Positions 51,879-64,000 of a DNA stretch of 64,000 nucleotides are shown here, piece after piece. Source of the stretch: Lytechinus pictus (lineage: Eukaryota); the NCBI RefSeq assembly GCF_037042905.1, contig NC_087252.1, positions 36,766,001 to 36,830,000 of the forward strand. The letters are read 5' to 3'. Within the stretch, counting starts at the first letter, position 1. Every line of letters begins with the position of its first letter. The translations under genes were made by a program, and so were the position numbers. The notes under the pieces are model-generated. The model was not told the origin of the DNA and searched no databases. It was given only the letters and a program-made list of their open reading frames with translations.

Positions 51879-52386
51879 GTTTTATTCAATTTTGGACCGT
51901 TTTGGGGAATTTAAAGAAGAGAGCGCCCTTGTAGTAGAAAGCGCCCTCCGTTTTTTTAAGCAATAATATGTTTCCCAATAATTACACATTGATACATTAT
52001 TTCAAAGCAATGAAGCAATATAGACTGAGTAAGTGATGAGAAAACTCAATGGAATTCTCTTCTATCTGCATTTTTTTCAATGGGGAACCCGAGCACTAGC
52101 TTCGACTTTCTTAAAAAGTATCTGCACTTTCTCTAATATCTTAGTAAAAAAAATATAAGTTTGGGATGGGGGGCTTAAAATATGCAAATGTATTACTGAT
52201 ATACAATATAATATGAATATGTTTTTACATAATTGTGTGGCGTATGAATTAGAGAGGATAGAAGTTCAGCAACTAAAGCAATACAACTTTTTTATTACAA
52301 GTTTTGCTGTTATTGGGGTATGTGACAATATAAGCGGGGAGGGGGGTAATAATAGGTTCATTTTCAATTTTCTTGTGTATGTTATA

Positions 52387-53203
52387 CAGTGCGTCCCACA
52401 AAAACGAAACCGAGCTTTATCGTTGATTTATCATAACTTAATCACAAATACAATAGACAAATAACCTACCATTGTAAAGCTTTGAATCTCCCCCTTTCAA
52501 CCAAAATTATTTAGATTATATCACATTCACGCATGAGTGAACAAAAACAATTTGAAGAGGGGATACCAAAAACTCACTTGGCGGGCTGAATCTGGGTTTC
52601 AAAGGAAAACCACACCTTAAAAAAGTTAAAAATCTGTTCTTTTATATGATGCCTCAATTACACAAAATGGTCACGAAAAAACAAAGTTCTGGTTATTGGA
52701 AATAAGGCTTGAATTTCAACAATTTCATAAAATGAAGAGGCAATCGCCCAGACTCACTCGACACTTCGTTTTGTTGACGATCGGCCATGCATTAAGTCTA
52801 TTTTGTTTTACAGTGCGATAGCTTCTGTGGGAAACCGGTGAAAACACGTTTATTTAAAGAAATTATGTAAATTCAAGCATTGTTTCGAAGGAATATGACT
52901 GTTTTACTTCTTGACCATTTTCTGTGATTAAGGTATCAAATGAAAAGGCAGATATTGAACTTTTTAGGCATATGATTTTCTTTTTAAAATTCAGATACCC
53001 CCACCTAATGAGTTTTTGGTATAATTCCTTCACATTGTTTCTGCTCACTTATGCGTGAATAAAGAATAATCTAAGTAATTTCAGATGAAAGCAGAGATTC
53101 TAAGCTTTACATTGGTGGGTCATTTGTCTATTTTATTTATGATTACGTTGTGATAAATCATCGCTTAATATCGGTTTCGGTTTTTTTTTTGTGGGACGCA
53201 CTG
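52387..53203. mobile_element. Tc1/mariner-type MITE (CAGTGCGTCCC), copy 1
   Basis: TA TSD, long imperfect TIRs; second copy at 55634-56456, fragment at ~16245-16440. Confidence 0.88.
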
Positions 53204-54062
53204 TATAGTAACTTTTACAAATATCGTTAGTACTCTGTGGCCGAGTAATAGTAGCAAACACAATTTTATGTGTGTGTGTGCTCTCTTTAAATACCGACAG
53301 CTGTAATATTTTTCCTCTGATTTATGTAATCGAATCATATTTAGGTAGTATTGTCCTCGCTATTGTAGGCCTACATAGTACGAATTCATTTTTTTTTCTA
53401 TTCTGCTGACTTTAATATTGTTCGAAATTGTCATTAAATTCAAATCAATGTATTATTCAATTTACATGAATGATATCATGTCTGATTTGTACACAATGTT
53501 AATTCTTATTATGTTATATTGCTTTTGTGCTATAAATTACGTAAAATATGTAAAACTAATTCAAATATCAAATACAATTTGCAAACTGAAAAAAAAAATA
53601 GTTTCATCACTACATTTAAGAAATTCAGGGCCCTCGGAAATGCAGAGACCAGAGTAAGCAAGTGTGCAAATTTGTGTGTAGAAGAGAGAAAAAGAGACAA
53701 ATAGGCTAAATGACAAAATCAAAGCATGAATTTTATTATGTTGACGATTATGAGGGACTAAAAATAATAAATACTGTCTGTGACAGCCACAATATTTTTG
53801 AACAAATTGGTTTAAAAAAATACTACAGGCTATACGGTAGGAAGCCTACCAGACTTTTTATTTCGACTTAAATCAGTTTAGTTTGGGTGCGCAGATTATC
53901 ATCATTATCATCTTCATCATCTGATATAGAAGTCGTTGCGGTGGCATGTAATTCCCGGTCAACGAGGAATAAGAAATAGTAGGTTTAAGATCCACTCAGA
54001 GCAACGGTGCTCCCTGTGTTACAAACAGTGCATTTATCTGCATTGTTGAATGCAGCACTCTA

Positions 54063-54508
54063 CACAGCAAAAACTGTGGTGTTAACCGGTGTACATAGAG
54101 GAACACACCAGTTATTTTACACCGGTGTTTAATTGACAGTGTTAGTTTAACACCTATGGGCATTTTCACGGTAACTGACGTTACACGGCACAAGTTTACA
54201 CACTTGTCATTGTGTGTATGATTATCTCTAAAACAACAAATGATGGGAATTTGCTTTAAAGCAAACTCCCATCATTTGTTGTTTAAGAGAGAATCATACA
54301 CACAGTGAAAAGTGTGTAAAATTGATTGTGCCGTGTAACGTCAGTTACCGAGAAAATGCCCATATGTGTTATAACAGCCACCTTCGGTTGTTACATTTAC
54401 ACTCTTTTGTGTTATGTTCAATCTCTAGTGTGTGGTTTCAACACCTCAGGGTGTGGTCCTCTATTGACACCAACTGGTGTCGGTTTTAACACCACGGTTT
54501 TTACAGTG
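54063..54508. mobile_element. CAC..GTG palindromic MITE (EnSpm/CACTA-like)
   Basis: TA on both flanks; near-perfect internal hairpin ~54150-54370 centred on GCTTTAAAGC. Confidence 0.7.
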
Positions 54509-54632
54509 TAAACGCAGCTAGAAACAAGTCTGGACTCTAAATTTCAGTCAGGAATCAGGGTAATCACTGCTGAAATTGTGTCTGGCTTCATGAATCATGG
54601 CATTCTTCCCGAGTATAATAATAAAATATATA

Positions 54633-55623
54633 CAGTGCATATCAAAAAAAAGTTTACACTTTGAAAAAGCTCTGGGAATTCAAAAATATACAACATGTGG
54701 GTATTTTTCTCACATATAATCTTGGGTTGGGTCTCATCTATCCAATGAAAGTAAAAGTTTTGACAGAATGTTACACTTGATGGACCACTGTCCATTTTTG
54801 TAAAGCTCGCAGAAATCTGTTTGCGCAGAAATGCTCATTTTCACGCTGTGTCAAGGGGAAAGGGCGAAATCAAACTTACCCTGCCAAACATTTCTCATAT
54901 ATCTCCTTTGCACTTTTAGTCAATTGAAATAAAACGGATACATTCAAGCATTTTGTAACAATTTTGCCACCCAAATTGAAATTTCAACATTTAGTAAGCA
55001 CAACCTTTACCTTTTTGTGCCAGCTGGATTTTGATGACATAACTGAACCTGAACAAAAGTTTATATATGAGACATCTCCAGCATGTATTCACTGAGTTTT
55101 TATTATTTAAAGTGGGTTTACATTTCATTTTTCATTTAATACTTGTTTCTCCACGCTTTTCCCAAGCTTGACAATGATTAACAAAATTCAAATCAAGCCT
55201 AAGCCATTTCATGTAAATCACAGCTCAGTGTAAAGCAAATATCGTCTCGATGGCCTCGGTGTGTGGGGGAGTGGGGTGGGGCGCAATGCACCCTTCGAAG
55301 TGTTTTGGGCAAGGAAACAAGTTCAAAAAGGTAAAAGATATCTTCAAATCAATTTTGCTAGCTAATTTCCATGTTTTCTTCATGATTTAGGTCTACTTTT
55401 ATTTACATATCTAACTACTTCAAAGTTCTGCGCAAATCATTTTTCACTAAATTTTCAAAAGTAAGTGGTGCTCACTCGAGTGGAAACATTTTTCGACAGT
55501 TATATCGTCATTTGCTTAAATAGATCTGTACCAATGTTAAAATGTCGAAAAATCTTCATGATATTAGAAATATATAATTTTACAGGATTTATTCATTGTG
55601 TAAACTTTTTTTGATACGCACTG
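54633..55623. mobile_element. Tc1/mariner-type MITE (CAGTGC(A/G)TATCAAAAAAA)
   Basis: TA TSD; TIR CAGTGCATATCAAAAAAAAGTTTACAC / GTGTAAACTTTTTTTGATACGCACTG. Confidence 0.88.
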
Positions 55624-55633
55624 TATATATATA

Positions 55634-56453
55634 CAGTGCGTCCCACAAAAAACGAAACCGAGATTTATCGGTGATTTATCATAACTTAATCACAAATACA
55701 ATAGACAAATGACCTACCATTTTAAAGCTTAGAATCTCTTCTTTCCTCTGAAATTACTTAGATTAAAAAAAATCCATTCACGCATGAGTGAGCAAAAACA
55801 ATTTGAAAAGGGGATACCAAAAAGACACTTGGCGGGCCGTATCTGGGTTTTAAAAAGGAAAACCACATTTTCAAAAAGTTCAATATCTGCTCTTTAATTT
55901 GATACCTCAATTACAGAAAATGGTCAAGAAATAACAAAGTTCTGGTTATTTGAAATAAGGCTTGAATTTCAATAATTTCAGAAAATGAAGAGGTTTTACA
56001 GGCTAGCGTTCAAACTCACTCGACACTCCGTTTTGTTGACGATCAGCCATGTATGAAGTATTTTGTTACCGTGCGATAGCTTCTGTGGGAAACCGGTGAA
56101 AACACGTTTATTTAATGAAATTATGGAAATACAAGCATTGTTTCGAGGGATCCTTACTTTTTTACTTCTTGACCATTTTCTGTGATTAAGGTATCAAAGA
56201 AAAGAACAGATATTGAACTTTTTAGTCATGTGATTTTCTTTTTGAAATTCAGATACCCCCTGCCAAATAAGTGTTTGGCATCCTTTCTTCGAATTGTTTT
56301 TGCTCACTCATGTGTGAATGAGGAGTAATCTAAGAAATGAAAGAAGAGACTCTAAGGCTAAGCTATACATTGATAGGTCATTTGTCTATTTTATTTATGA
56401 TGAAGTTATGATAAATCATCGCTAAATTTCGGTTTCGTTTTTTCTGGGACGCA

Positions 56454-56456
<3 letters not shown>
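55634..56456. mobile_element. Tc1/mariner-type MITE (CAGTGCGTCCC), copy 2
   Basis: Colinear with 52387-53203; embedded in (TA)n. Confidence 0.88.

Positions 56457-56524
<68 letters not shown>
56457..56524. repeat. (TA)n microsatellite
   Basis: Direct observation. Confidence 0.95.
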
Positions 56525-56530
<6 letters not shown>

Positions 56531-56876
56531 ATCAGACAGCAGATTTTTCCGTCTCTAACCGGCCAAGCTATGGTCATGACCATGCCAGCGCTACATGGCC
56601 AGTTTAGAAACCTGCATGAAGAAACAAATCTGCTGCTAAAAGTAATCGTTACTTTGTAATAATTAAAGACTTAACTAGGCAATAATGCATGATTTTAGAA
56701 TAAAATTAGATTTGTATCTGTCACCTGACCTGAATACATCGTCAGAAAAAGTAGTCATTCATCTTATAGATCTCTTCATTCTGTCTTTGTTCTACTTCTT
56801 CGCCTCCTCCCTCCTCCTTAAAATGGATTGGCAGGGTAAGGGTTCCCAGCCCATCAAGGAAATCGTGATTTTTTTT

Positions 56877-57529
56877 CGTTTACACTTCGTCATTCCGAAG
56901 GTTCGTTATTCCGAAGGTTCTTTATTCCGAAGGTTCGTAATTCCGAAACACGTAAATTGCCTATACCTCGAAGTTCGTTCATCCGAAAACGAAAAAGGGT
57001 TCGTTAATCCGAACATTTGTGGCGTAATTCCGAAGGTTCGTTAATCCGAAAAGGAAATGAGAGTCGTAATTCCGAAGTTTCGTTAATCCGAAAACGAAAT
57101 GAGGCTTGTAATTCCGAAGGTTCGTTAGTCCGAAAACGAAATGAACAACGAACCTCATTTCGTTGTCGGATAAACGAACCTTCGGAACAACGAACCTTAT
57201 TTCGCTTTCGGATTAACGAACCTTCGGAACAACGAACCTCATTTCGTTTTCGGACAAACGAACCTTCGGAACAACGAACCTTATTTCGCTTTCGGATTAA
57301 CGAACCTTCGGAACAACGAACCTCATTTCGTTTTCGGACAAACGAACCTTCGGAACAACGAACCTTATTTCGCTTTCGGATTAACGAACCTTCGGAACAA
57401 CGAACCTCATTTCGTTTTCGGATTGTCGAACCTTCTGAACAACGAACCTTATTTCGCTTTCGGATTAACGAACCTTCGGAATATCCGAACCTTCGGAATA
57501 ACGAAGCTTCGGAATTACGAATGTATACG
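56877..57529. mobile_element. Tandem-repeat foldback MITE, copy 2, with expanded 42-bp array
   Basis: AACGAACCTTCGGAACAACGAACCT(T/C)ATTTCG(C/T)TTTCGGA units; reverse orientation of 41618-41985. Confidence 0.75.
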
Positions 57530-58169
57530 TTTTTTCTAGTCAGGGTAAAATCAGGGACTTTTGATCTGCCCAAAGGTCGAAAGCACGATAGTCAGTGAGA
57601 CTCTGTTTCTGTTATATTTTGTTGTATATTAAACAATATTCATTGAATGACATGGTTTTTTTAGCGTAGCCTTTTTACTACCGTACAAGTAAGCCTACTG
57701 ATTAACTGGTATTAGGGCATTTTTAAACTTCTTCACAGAAAAATCTGGAAATTTTGTTTTCTTGAAAAGCTGGGAACCCTGAGTGGGTTAAGCCAGCCGT
57801 TAACTATCTACAGTAGATCATATACATAGTGGTGGATAAATAAACATCATAATTTTTCCACCTCTATGATCGTATCATAGCGTTATTTTACAGAAAAATA
57901 GCCAAATGTATTGTTTTATCCCAAATTTTCAAAAATCCCCTGAAACAGACAAAAAATCCCCAAAGTTTGTTTGATCCCCAAATGATTTGTTTTCATCTCC
58001 ACAGGCTTTTGAAAATCCCCATATTTTTCCAGATTTGGGGATGGAGATATGGTCTCTCTAAGTGTACTCCAAATCGAGGGGCGCGCGTGTGAAGATTCGA
58101 ATCCGGTGCGCGGAAAGTAACTTTAAAAATTTCATCAGAAAATTGAAAACAAGTCACCATGTAAACTTT

Positions 58170-58620
58170 ACACATTAGACCAAGTGGCATGTAGACGAAA
58201 TGAATGTTAGACTATCTGGAAATTAGACCAATTGGAAATTAGCCGAAGTGGAAATTAGACCAAGTGGAAATTAGCCGAAAATGAAATTAGACCAACTGAA
58301 TAATGGACCAAGTGAGGATTAGACCAACTGGTATTACACCAAATGCAATTAGACCAAGTGATAATAAAATACCTTAGACGAAATGGCAATTACACCAAAT
58401 GAAAATTAGACCAAGTGACGATTAACCCAACTTGGCATTAGACCAAGTGGCTATTAGACCAAGTGTTCATTAGACCAATTGGCTATTAGACCAAGTGGTT
58501 ATTAGACTAATTGGCTATTAGACCAAGTGGTAATTAGACCAAAAGAAAGTTTGACTAAGTGGGTTTAGCCCGAATGTTGTTAGCCTATCTGATAATTAGA
58601 CCAAATGATATTAGACCATC
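58170..58620. repeat. ~20-bp minisatellite (ATTAGACCAAGTGG core)
   Basis: About 20 degenerate units. Confidence 0.85.
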
Positions 58621-58732
58621 CGTCAGTAACCCCCCCCCCCCTCCTTCACACTTCTTTACCAATGAACACTGGCACCACCATTGTTATATCAACATGTATA
58701 TTCCATCACTAAGTAAACAGACTTCCCATTGT

Positions 58733-59310
58733 GTAAGTCAGCCCACCTCAGGAAAATGTTGATTTGAATAAATGGAGAAAAATCAACTAGCATAATACTG
58801 AAAATCTCATCAAAATCGGAAGTAAAATAAGAAAGTTATTACATTTTAAGATTTTGTTTATGTTTCACGAAACAGTGACATGCAAATGAGACAGTCAATG
58901 ATCTCCCTCACTCACTATTTCGTTTGTTTGTTATTGTTTGAATTATAAATATTCATTTTTTACAGATTTGACAATAAGGAACAACTCACTGAAACATACA
59001 GTATTCGACAATGCTAATTCCACATGTTCAGGAAGGAATTAATCGTTGCTTCACTTGATAATGTGGTGAAAATAAGAACATTCACATTTCATATGATGAA
59101 ATATATAAGAAATAGTGAGTGGATGACATCATCAGTCTCCTCATTTTCATATCGGCCAGGGTGTGCATAAGACCTTTTTTTAAATTAAGCGAAACTTTAA
59201 AATGTAACTTTCTTATATCACATCCGATTTTGATGAAATTTTCAATGTTATGCTTGCTGGATTTTTCTCTTTTTATTCGAATCATCATTTTATTGGGTTG
59301 GACTTGACCT
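58733..59310. mobile_element. Kolobok-like MITE (..GGACTTGACCT|TTAA); relatives at ~4525-5450 and ~48880-49070
   Basis: Shared motifs TTCATCAAAATC(G/T)GA and GACATGCAAATG; TTAA at the 3' end. Confidence 0.6.
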
Positions 59311-59564
59311 TTAAAAGCTTATCGAGATTCAGAAATATCCAACAATCGTCTGCTTGTTCGAGGATCAGTTTCTTGCCCCCTTATTGCACGGTTTTGCTTA
59401 TTCTAATCAATATTCCAACGGTATGAATGTAGAAAGAAAACAAAATATGTTCATGATTTCTAAAAGAATAATAACCCGTCTGACTTGATCCTATGGCAAA
59501 TATAAATTAGGAAAAAACATTTTGCCGATTTATCGACATGTGTAATAGACCTTTTTGCTGTGTG

Positions 59565-59980
59565 TATTAATGAAGCACGCATTCGTTTGCCCTTAAGATG
59601 AGATAAATGTTTGTCATTCGCGGTCATGAGCGATAATATTACACGCAATAACTATTGTAGCAAACAATGCATTTAACCGCCGAGTCTATGGTTGTTTTGC
59701 CTTCGCCTATATTATAGTAGTCTATCGTCAAAAAGCCTGGTCAAAAAAGGAAAAGTATAATAAGGTAAGTACGTAATATCTGAATTGCTAAGTTTACTGT
59801 CAGGTGAAAAAGGGAACACAGAGAAACCTAGATATAAAGATGGGATACTGATTCGCCAATCGACATAGGTCCGGCGGCCTAATATTACCGTGCGCTGACG
59901 AACATTTTACATGACTGCACTGGCACGCACTCAAACAGATCAACTGTTGTTTGATACCACTATCGTGTGTTTGATACATT
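59565..59980 (+). promoter_or_regulatory. Putative promoter and first non-coding exon of DD gene 3 (donor AAG|GTAAGT at 59765)
   Basis: Consensus donor; colinear with 43260-43640. Confidence 0.5.
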
Positions 59981-60861
59981 TACACAGGTGAACTCTAAAT
60001 TTTGTTTCTCTCTCTTTTTAATCAGACGTTGATGAATCCATTCATCCATAACTGATCTAGAGATTTTGATTTTCGAATAATTTATCTTTGTTTGATTTAG
60101 ACTGAGATCTCATTTATATCAGTTAATACTCATTGATATATTTTTGTTCTTGGTTTGCTTTCTCTCTTGAAAAATTTAGTCACCAAATTATTCCCAAGGG
60201 GCTAGATTCGAAACATTTTTTATTCTAAAAGAGCTAAATTAAGTGTTAAGTGTCTTGACTATGAGTGTAGGATCTTAATGTATTTTTTTTTTCGTGACTG
60301 TTGCCTCATTTTGTATTTCTTTCAAATTTTCACTGGGTAGACATCAGAAAATATATAAAATATACTCTCTTTCACGTACGATATCGGAATGTCAAAATTA
60401 AATTAATGTGCTAAAATTGACTTTCTACTCAGTTTTTATTCCACATGAGCTATATGGAGCTATAAGGGGCTACATCCACGAAAATAAATATATATAATTG
60501 CTAAAATGGAAAGAGATAGTAGTGATTTTTAAAAAAACTTTGTTCACTGATTGAAACGCTCATTGTGGACTTAGCTCCATTTTGGAATAAGAATCCTCAT
60601 ATTATTATCATGTAATACAAAAAAAAGACGTGGAGAAACAAAACAGAGTGGAAGAAAGACTAGAGGAAGAGCAAAAATAAAAGAGGACTGGTAGCTCCAC
60701 AATGTTTCAATTAAGAAAAATATATGACGTCATCTTAAAGTCCCCTTCCCCCTCAAAATATATCATGTCGCAGTTTTTGTGCTGTTCCATATTTTACAAC
60801 CATCAAATTTCATGACATTTATTATCTGCCATTGTTTGTTTTGTTTCATGTTCTTAGAAAA

Positions 60862-60996
60862 ATGATCTCGAAGAACAATATGGACTTCGATTGGATTTTA
60901 AAACAAATCACAAAGGATTTACATAAAATATCCGAGATCGATGATCTCGGATCAGCCTTGGGATTCACTTCAGCAGATATCGGTCGATATACTGAC
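60862..60996 (+). pseudogene. Truncated duplicate of the DD exon (N-terminal half)
   Basis: MISKNNMDFDWILKQITKDLHKISEIDDLGSALGFTSADIGRYTD aligns with residues 1-45 of the 61147 ORF, then similarity stops; has its own acceptor ttcttag at 60857. Confidence 0.7.
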
Positions 60997-61146
60997 GTTG
61001 CAGACATATACATCAATTTATTAAATAATGCACAACTTGTACTTGATTTTTATGTAATGTTTTTTAATGTGTTTTCCTTTTTGTTTTTTTCTTTTTACCG
61101 AATCAGAACAAAATAAATCCACGGGGATATAAGCTACCTTTGCAAA

Positions 61147-63447
61147 ATGAGCTCAGCTACCAAACCGGATTTTGATGGAACCTTAAAACTAATTGCTAGG
61201 GCTATACACAAAAAGGTGGAGGTTGATAATCTCGGATCAGCCCTGGGATTCGGCCCTGCAGATATCGGTCGATATACTGATGAGAATGAAAAGCAGGGCG
61301 GGAACTATATGGGTACATTGGACATGCTCAGGACGTGGCGAAAAAGGCAGACGGTTTCCACTGAAAGACGGAATCTGAGATCCGCACTATCGACAGCTGA
61401 TTTAGCATCCCTGGCGGATCAGTATCTAAGCACACCCGAAAATGGTTAGCATGAACTTTGCTTTTGTTATCATCATTTATCATTATTACTATCAATTTTG
61501 CATACCATTGATTATGGAGTGATGCAAGAATAGATGAAGAGCTCACTTGCAGAAGGGGGTAGGTCAATTTTTCATCAAATTTGAATTTTTGGTCTCAATG
61601 TATAGATTTTAAGTATAGCTCTATAAGATGATAGCAATGAAAAGTTGAAATTCCCATTAAAAGTGAACTTAGAGGCAAAGAAAAATCACTTTTTTTTTTC
61701 AAAAGGGGTTAGTTCCATTTCAGTTTGGTTGCAAAAGGGGTTAGGTCCACACATAATTTTTTTGGAGAAGAATTTCTTTTTTAATATGAAGATAGGTAGA
61801 TTCATTTTTATACCCAATTTTGTGTTCTCATTGTAGGGTATCATAACAATTTAGTTTCGCATAAGAATATTGCAATATGGAATAATAAAAACAAATGATT
61901 TTCTTGGAGCGGACCTAACCCCATTTGCATCCAAAATCTTCTGAAATGCTAATCTGTCAAAAGGGGTTGGGTCCATTTTTTATAAATTTTGTTTTCTGTT
62001 TCAATTTTTTTTTTTAGTCGCTCTTGTGATACCAAAAAGAAAAATCACATTTTTTAATCAAAAGAGATTGGATTCATTTCAGTTTGCTAATGGGTTAGGT
62101 CCACAATAATATAGCTTTTGTTTAATATATAGAAAAAAAATTAAGACAGGTAGATTTCTTTTATACCCAATGTTATGTTCACGTGATAGGGTAGTACATC
62201 ATGACAATTTAGTTTCTCATAAGAATATTGCAATAAGTGAGAATAAAAAAAAACACGATTTTTCTCGGAATGGTTTAAAGTGAACCTAACCCCTTTTGCA
62301 ACAAAACTCTTCATATTTGGCATACATTTTCAAATTTTTACTGGAAATTTAAAATTGAACTATACTGTACTGTAGCAAATGACATTGAGCTTCTTGTTTG
62401 AAAAAGAAGACCAGCAACTGAATGTTAACCTAAAATAAATTTGTTTTGACCAAGTTTTTTTGCGACCCTCCATATGTATTGGTTCCCCTATTTTTGTGGA
62501 TGTGTGTTTGAGCATGATTGTTATTGATATTGATTTCATAACTTAATATTTATAATGATAGTGGTAGTAGTACGAGTAGCATTTAGTAGTAGGAGTAGAN
62601 NNNNNNNNNNNNNNNNNNNNNNNNNNNNNNNNNNNNNNNNNNNNNNNNNNNNNNNNNNNNNNNNNNNNNNNNNNNNNNNNNNNNNNNNNNNNNNNNNNNN
62701 NNNNNNNNNNNNNNNNNNNNNNNNNNNNNNNNNNNNNNNNNNNNNNNNNNNNNNNNNNNNNNNNNNNNNNNNNNNNNNNNNNNNNNNNNNNNNNNNNNNN
62801 NNNNNNNNNNNNNNNNNNNNNNNNNNNNNNNNNNNNNNNNNNNNNNNNNNNNNNNNNNNNNNNNNNNNNNNNNNNNNNNNNNNNNNNNNNNNNNNNNNNN
62901 NNNNNNNNNNNNNNNNNNNNNNNNNNNNNNNNNNNNNNNNTAGTAGTCCAACAAGTAGTAGCATCTATTATCAAAATTGATATTTGTTATCATAATTATC
63001 CTGATCCTCACCATCATCATCAACATTCTAAATATCATTTCTAAGATCCCTTGCCACTGGTCTATATTAGGTTAATCTTAGTACATATACCGATTCATCA
63101 AGCATTTGTTTTGCAGTTTTTGACAAAATGAATGACTGTTGATCTCTTCCGAAAGAAAAGGAATAATTGGGACATATTCAAACATATTTCTTATGATGTG
63201 ATGTGATTGCTGTAAATCTAAGGAGGACATTCTTGGTCATTGAAGTTAGTATAAATCTGTCCTTAGAAGTTATTTCATAATTGATACTAAAAGAGGCAGG
63301 GTTGCGATGGTTCTGTGTGAACATGGTAAAGGGGTTGTAGCATGGTAACTTCAATGAAATCAATTGATTTCAATAATTGTCCACAGGGTCAAACCCTCAG
63401 CCGACAATCCCACCACCAACACAGGGTGCAACAAACATCAATAAGAA
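61147..63447 (+). CDS. Death-domain protein, gene 3 (N-terminal DD plus Pro/Thr linker; 3'-incomplete)
   Basis: join(61147-61444,63387-63447,...). DD: DNLGSALGFGPADIGRY...GTLDMLRTWRKRQ..ERRNLRSAL...LASLADQYL. G|gttagc phase 1 joins ccacag|GG giving GSNPQPTIPPPTQGATNINK, then AA|gtgagt (phase 2). The unspliced ORF 61147-61449 would give 100 aa. Confidence 0.75.
61536..62312 (-). mobile_element. Sola1-like MITE, copy 3
   Basis: Reverse complement of 11920-12702; GAAGAG..CTCTTC termini; flanks AGAT / ATAT. Confidence 0.75.
62600..62940. other. Assembly gap (N)
   Basis: Run of N flanked by (TAG)n. Confidence 1.
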
Positions 63448-64000
63448 GTGAGTACATTATTTTCTGCAATCGTGTGATTTCATTGGCATTTCCATCCGTT
63501 TTCAGCAATTCGATAAAAATGGATTTACAAAGAGGTAATAGTTTATAACAATGATAAATAGTGATAATATTAATAATGGAAACCAGTGATTAGGATTAAA
63601 ATAGATGATGCTGGGTATGATAATTATATTCCATTTATCTAGAATTCTGATAACCACGATGTATTAATAAATATCAAAAATCTGGTAATATCATTAATAT
63701 AAGAAGAAATATGAATGATAAGATGATGATGACCATGATGATGATGATAACAATATAATTAATTGTGATAATAGTTACAATAATGGTAATAATAATAATA
63801 ACAGTCCATTTTTCGTTCTTCGAAATAAAAATCAGAAGTAAAACTTCTCCGGACAATTATTTTTTTTTCCAATTGATCCGATATATTTCTGAGAGCCAGT
63901 GAGCAGCGCCAGATAGACGTTGCCATATCCATTAAATCATTGAACGCAAAAAAGAGCATAGCAAATACTTCCATCTTTTAATCCTCTTATGGGGTGTTGC

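Noticed and set aside
57004-57598. 189- and 193-aa repetitive ORFs; CRISPR-like periodicity
   Set aside because: 42-bp tandem units with no unique spacers and no cas genes; part of a MITE.
61147-64000. Calling gene 3 an NLR
   Set aside because: The DD resembles N-terminal DDs of echinoid immune proteins, but no NACHT or LRR exon is in the window, and the linker exon ties it to genes 1 and 2; left open.

Overview
Eukaryotic, AT-rich, transposon-dense genomic DNA. The repeat families and death-domain (DD) type suggest an echinoid (sea-urchin-like) genome; this is inference. Host content is a tandem array of three paralogous, divergent DD genes on the + strand, reconstructed from splice sites. 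Gene 1 has exons 4304-4366 and 12766-13027. Gene 2 has putative 5' exons ending at 43438 and at 46059-46119, then 48769-48831 and 50101-50371. Gene 3 has a 5' exon ending at 59764, a DD exon at 61107-61444 and a linker exon at 63387-63447, and runs off the window. Between them lie: a Penelope retroelement with an inverted pLTR, hammerhead motif and TSD; a 12.6-kb Harbinger transposon with two intact spliced genes (345-aa DDE transposase, 281-aa Myb/SANT-like protein), nested inside an IS3EU-like foldback; a TGT..ACA (Ginger-like) element carrying an intron-containing tRNA-Tyr; and many MITEs (Kolobok, piggyBac, hAT, Tc1, Sola1-like, Academ-like), SINEs and an R4/Dong LINE fragment. There are two N gaps. 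All calls come from manual reading; no database searches were run.
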